This document shows positions 60,430-64,000 of a DNA stretch of 64,000 nt, piece after piece. A model generated the notes under the pieces. The model made no database searches. It was not told where the DNA came from and saw only the letters and a list, made by a program, of their open reading frames with translations. A program made the position numbers and the translations under genes. Source of the stretch: a virus (lineage: Duplodnaviria > Caudoviricetes); the IMG/VR virus record IMGVR_UViG_3300022654_000689, one strand, 5' to 3'. Positions within the stretch are counted from its first letter, which is position 1, and each line of letters starts with the position of its first letter.

Positions 60430-60462
60430 AAAAAGAATGACTATTATAGTCATTCTTTTTTT
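60428..60462. terminator. Bidirectional terminator
   Basis: aaaaaaagaatgacta-tta-tagtcattcttttttt. Confidence 0.85.
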
Positions 60463-62548
60463 ATAATGATGAATTTATTCGTTTAATTTTTCTATTACCT
60501 AAACTTATTGTTTTAATTGATGTTGAATTGCCAAATATTTTTACATTAGAATTCTTAGTTACTTTCCAATATTTACTTTCAGCTGTATTTAAGTTTATTA
60601 AAGATATATCTTCGAAACCTAGTATTTTCATTCTACCCCAATCATCATTAGTTTTTGTAGGAAGTAATCCTATTATTGTATTAATAATTGTATCACTGTT
60701 TTTTCCACTTATTTTAAAAGTTTTTAAAGAGTTGCAATTAGTAAACATGGGATTTAATACACATGAATCATTTAATATTACATTATCCATATTTATTTTT
60801 GTTAAAGAAGAACAATCTGAAAACATTGTATCTAACGTTGTTGCAAGAGACGCATCTAAATTAGGCATAATTATTCGTTTTAAAGAAGAACACGCTTCAA
60901 ACATACGTCTATTACTTCCAGACGATAATTTCTTGATATTCTCTAAACCTATAATTTCTTCTAATGATGAACACATATGGAACATTGCAAGTACGTTAAT
61001 TTCGCCATTGAATTTTGGAATACTTAAATAATTTAATGAAGTGCATGTTGTAAACATACTATTCGCACTAACATTATAATTTATAATCCATTTACTTAAA
61101 TCTAACTTAGTCAACGACGTACAATTTGCAAATGGAGCAACAACAGCTCTTGTTGTATTATTCAATCCAAAAGAACTTGTATCCCAGTCTTCAATCCCAA
61201 TTATTTCAGTTAATGCTGAACACATATAGAACATTAGGTCTATCAGAGTTACGTTAGACATATTCCAATCAGTTGAATCTATTTTAGTCAACGCTGAACA
61301 ACCTTGGAAACAACTTGTCAATGCGGTTACATTATTAAATTCCATATATCCACATTCAATCAATCCAGTATAACCGTAAAAACTAATACTAGATGGTGCA
61401 TCAGTACTATATATTGATCTGGTAACTAAGTTTTCAGCAGTATGTGTTGAAACAGGTTCTTCGTATTCAGTACTCATTATTGGATATTGATCAGGTTCAT
61501 CATTTTCATCAAGATTTATTAATAAAGTAGGATTAGTTGATAATACATTTTGAGTGTTTAAATATTCATCTACTATTTCATAGTTAACAAATTCTTCATT
61601 AAACATAGGCAGTAAATTATCTTGTATAGACTTATCAAAAGTATATTGAGCTATTAATAAAGGCATACCGTCGTAGTTCCAATATTTATTATATAAAGAT
61701 CTTATATTAATTCCCTTAGTACTATCCATTTCAGATACAAATAGTCTACCTGGATTATCCGAAGTTTTTGTAGGTAATACTTCAATTATTTTATTTAAAA
61801 ATTTTACATTTGTTTTTTTAGGTATTTGAACTTCTTTTAAAGCAGGACAGTTGCTAAACATAAGAGTTGTACTACCATTTTCATTATCACTAAATAATAG
61901 TACTGTTTCTAAAGCAGCGCAATTAGTAAATATTTGAGCTAATGTAGTTGCATTAGTAATTTTCCAATTACTAATATCTAATGATTTTAAAGCTCTACAA
62001 TCTTGGAATGTACCAGCAACTAGTTCTGCATTATTTGTATTCCAATTATTAACATCTAATTCTTTTAAAACATAGCATCCTCTAAACATAGCTCCGAAAT
62101 TAGTTACTTTACTAACATCCCAATTACCAACATCTATTGAAGTTAATAAACGACAGCCTGAAAAAAGACCTCCCATATTAGTAACATTACTAACATCTAA
62201 ATTTTCCAAACCAACTATAGTTTCTAATTTACTACAAGAATTGAACATACCTTCTATGGTTTCCATTTTACTAAAATTTGATTTACTAAAATCAACAAAT
62301 TTTAAATTTGAACATTTATAAAATGCTCCATACATATTTGTAGTTTCCCTGGTGTCCATTTCTAAAATTTCTAATAAACTGCTTTTTCCTTGAAAACTTA
62401 TGTGCGTAGGTAAATCATCGCTATATATAGTTCTAGTAGTAATAGTTCCATCTACTATATCTTCATATGTATAATTAGTAAATTCAGTATTAAAAGTTGG
62501 TAATACACTGGATGTACCACTAAATTTATACTTAACTATTAAATTCAT
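60461..62548 (-). CDS. BspA-like/DUF285 leucine-rich-repeat protein (internally duplicated)
   Basis: Repeated NWDVSKVTNFGAMFRGC-type units. The two halves each begin with YxF..LPxFNxEFxNY..TRxIYSxDxPxxISF and end with LPTKT..GR..KYW. Confidence 0.85.
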   Translation of the reverse strand: MNLIVKYKFSGTSSVLPTFNTEFTNYTYEDIVDGTITTRTIYSDDLPTHISFQGKSSLLEILEMDTRETTNMYGAFYKCSNLKFVDFSKSNFSKMETIEGMFNSCSKLETIVGLENLDVSNVTNMGGLFSGCRLLTSIDVGNWDVSKVTNFGAMFRGCYVLKELDVNNWNTNNAELVAGTFQDCRALKSLDISNWKITNATTLAQIFTNCAALETVLLFSDNENGSTTLMFSNCPALKEVQIPKKTNVKFLNKIIEVLPTKTSDNPGRLFVSEMDSTKGINIRSLYNKYWNYDGMPLLIAQYTFDKSIQDNLLPMFNEEFVNYEIVDEYLNTQNVLSTNPTLLINLDENDEPDQYPIMSTEYEEPVSTHTAENLVTRSIYSTDAPSSISFYGYTGLIECGYMEFNNVTALTSCFQGCSALTKIDSTDWNMSNVTLIDLMFYMCSALTEIIGIEDWDTSSFGLNNTTRAVVAPFANCTSLTKLDLSKWIINYNVSANSMFTTCTSLNYLSIPKFNGEINVLAMFHMCSSLEEIIGLENIKKLSSGSNRRMFEACSSLKRIIMPNLDASLATTLDTMFSDCSSLTKINMDNVILNDSCVLNPMFTNCNSLKTFKISGKNSDTIINTIIGLLPTKTNDDWGRMKILGFEDISLINLNTAESKYWKVTKNSNVKIFGNSTSIKTISLGNRKIKRINSSL

Positions 62549-62572
62549 TTGTACTCTCCTTTCTTAAAATTT

Positions 62573-62604
62573 TATAAAGGGCTCTCAATTGAGAGCCCTT
62601 TATA
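62573..62604. terminator. Perfect 32-bp palindrome / terminator hairpin
   Basis: tataaagggctctcaattgagagccctttata. Confidence 0.75.
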
Positions 62605-62611
62605 TATTATT

Positions 62612-62956
62612 TTATAAGCTATCATCGTTAAGTTCTAATGTTTGTATTAACATTGCAGATAAATTTCCTACTTCATTTTCTAAATTAGTAACTCTATCTT
62701 CTAGAGCTGGTTCTGGTTCTTGTAATTCTAATACTTCATAACTTATGAATATATAATCACCATATACATTATAACCTTTAATGTGTAAATATTGAGTTTC
62801 TTCGTTATATACAGGTCTTATATCTTTTACTTCTTTAAACCCATATTTTATCATAAGACCTACATTTTTATTAAAATTTGCTATGTATTGCCCATTTTCC
62901 GTTACATAGTTTTTAGGTGCATAATTTATTACACCATTATTTAATTTAGCATACAT
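62612..62956 (-). CDS. Small phage protein, probable tail-fibre-associated/chaperone
   Basis: MYAKLNNGVINYAP..PALEDRVTNLE pattern, located between two repeat-protein genes. Confidence 0.55.
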   Translation of the reverse strand: MYAKLNNGVINYAPKNYVTENGQYIANFNKNVGLMIKYGFKEVKDIRPVYNEETQYLHIKGYNVYGDYIFISYEVLELQEPEPALEDRVTNLENEVGNLSAMLIQTLELNDDSL

Positions 62957-62958
62957 TA

Positions 62959-63999
62959 TTATTCACCTTCCCCTTCTATTTTTTCAGCCATAGAAGCTTC
63001 TATTGTTATATTACTAGGCTGTATTTTGTATTCATCTGTTATTACTTGTATATATGAAATAGTTGTGTCAAAATTTATTTTTTCTGTTATATCCGTTTCT
63101 ATTATAATAGGTGTTTCTAAAATTAATGATTCATTTAAAGTTTCGTTATATCCTTCTGGAATTGCTACCCACTGTTCTATACAATATTTACCTTTTCCTT
63201 CGTCCCAATAAAATTTATCTTTATATTCGCCTATACTTCTTAAAGGTTGTGGTAAATAAACAATAATTTTCTGTTCTTTATAGTCTCTAAATTCTAAATA
63301 ATTAGTATTTTCGTATTCATAAAATTTAGTATCTTGAACATATATAGCTCTTTTTAATCCTGTAATATCTGGTAATTCATCTTTAATTTTGTTACAAGAA
63401 TTTTTATCTGAATACAGCATGCCTATATATTTTAAAGCATTACAACCTTCAAACATTGAAGTTGAGTTAGTTACATTAATAGTATTAAAATTACTTAAAT
63501 CTAATGAAGTTAATTTATTACAATTATAGAACATACTATTCATAGTAGTTACTTTACTAGTATTAAAATTACTTACATCTAATGAAGTTAATGATTTACA
63601 ACCATAGAACATATTTCTCATAACAGTTACATTACTAGTATCCCAATTACTTAAATCTAATGAAGTTAAGCTGTTACAATGAACGAACATAAAACTCATA
63701 TTAGTCACATTACTAGTATTCCAATTACTTACATCTAATGTAGTTAAATTATTACAATAATAGAACATAGAATCCATATTATTTACAATACTAGTATTAA
63801 AATTACTTACATCTAATGTAGTTAAATTATTACAATAACAGAACATACTTCTCATATTAGTCACATTACTAGTATCCCAATTACTTAAATCTAATGAAGT
63901 TAAGCTGTTACAATGATCAAACATATAACCCATATTAGTTACATTACTAGTATCAAAATTACTTACATCTAATTGAGTTAAATTATTACAATAATAGAA
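62959..63999 (-). CDS. 5'-truncated BspA-like/DUF285 repeat protein
   Basis: The frame is open to the window end. It consists of 26-aa repeats LDxSN(W/F)xTSNVTNMxxMFxxCNxLTx and a C-terminal PLRSIGEYKDKF segment. Confidence 0.88.
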   Translation of the reverse strand, partial: FYYCNNLTQLDVSNFDTSNVTNMGYMFDHCNSLTSLDLSNWDTSNVTNMRSMFCYCNNLTTLDVSNFNTSIVNNMDSMFYYCNNLTTLDVSNWNTSNVTNMSFMFVHCNSLTSLDLSNWDTSNVTVMRNMFYGCKSLTSLDVSNFNTSKVTTMNSMFYNCNKLTSLDLSNFNTINVTNSTSMFEGCNALKYIGMLYSDKNSCNKIKDELPDITGLKRAIYVQDTKFYEYENTNYLEFRDYKEQKIIVYLPQPLRSIGEYKDKFYWDEGKGKYCIEQWVAIPEGYNETLNESLILETPIIIETDITEKINFDTTISYIQVITDEYKIQPSNITIEASMAEKIEGEGE

Positions 64000-64000
64000 C
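63430..64000 (-). repeat. 78-bp-period tandem repeats (at least 7 units) encoding DUF285 repeats
   Basis: acattactagtatcccaattacttaaatctaatgaagttaa and variants recur at 78-bp spacing. Confidence 0.9.

Noticed and set aside
428-63211. Numerous antisense or alternate-frame ORFs in the track (e.g. 9347..10453-, 14667..15347-, 60528..61031+)
   Set aside because: They lie wholly within longer genes that have recognisable motifs, and they show the Ile/Leu/Phe/Ser bias expected from the reverse complement of AT-rich coding DNA.
63430-64000. Diversity-generating retroelement template/variable repeat pair
   Set aside because: The repeats are tandem and in frame, the differences are not limited to adenines, and no reverse transcriptase is present in the window. 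This cannot be excluded beyond the window edge.
1-64000. Stop-codon reassignment (TAG or TGA read as sense)
   Set aside because: Long genes are intact under the standard code. TAA, TAG and TGA all end genes directly before SDs or terminators. The three interruptions are explained by two introns and one frame change, and reading through TGA 56729 in frame does not give helicase motifs.
1-64000. tRNA/rRNA genes
   Set aside because: No intergenic gap showed a cloverleaf with a T-loop and acceptor stem. The GTTCAA hits at about 19849 and 35600 belong to intron R elements.

Overview
This window is a 64 kb segment of a very AT-rich, gene-dense jumbo phage genome of the AR9/PBS1 (phiKZ-related) type. 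The host is probably a low-GC Firmicute such as a Clostridium (inference). From left to right it contains: (1) four tandem giant tail/tape-measure-like genes, three of them demonstrably paralogous, each ending in a different peptidoglycan hydrolase domain (M23, NlpC/P60, tail lysozyme, VgrG3-like muramidase); (2) a baseplate/tail-hub-like gene split by a 203-nt group I intron; (3) RusA, ClpP, dCMP deaminase, an M18 aminopeptidase and a Ca2+/cation antiporter, interspersed with about 15 small accessory ORFs; (4) a multisubunit RNA polymerase beta'-N gene (DFDGD) split by a sibling group I intron that carries a homing endonuclease; (5) a block of virion and fibre genes and a probably non-catalytic amidase; (6) SbcD nuclease, DnaB helicase, a Dda/RecD-like helicase broken at a CCC-TGA +1 shift site, and MalQ; (7) BspA/DUF285 repeat proteins. 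The most striking unexplained pattern is that 13 small proteins from several apparently unrelated N-terminal groups end in the same C-terminally registered tag, [ED][RK]xx[IV][DE]xx[IL]-COOH, and most lie next to the phage's own ClpP and aminopeptidase. Twelve intergenic or intron-internal AACA-N6-TA sites match the AR9 non-virion RNAP promoter consensus. All functional calls come from motif recognition by eye; no database searches were run.
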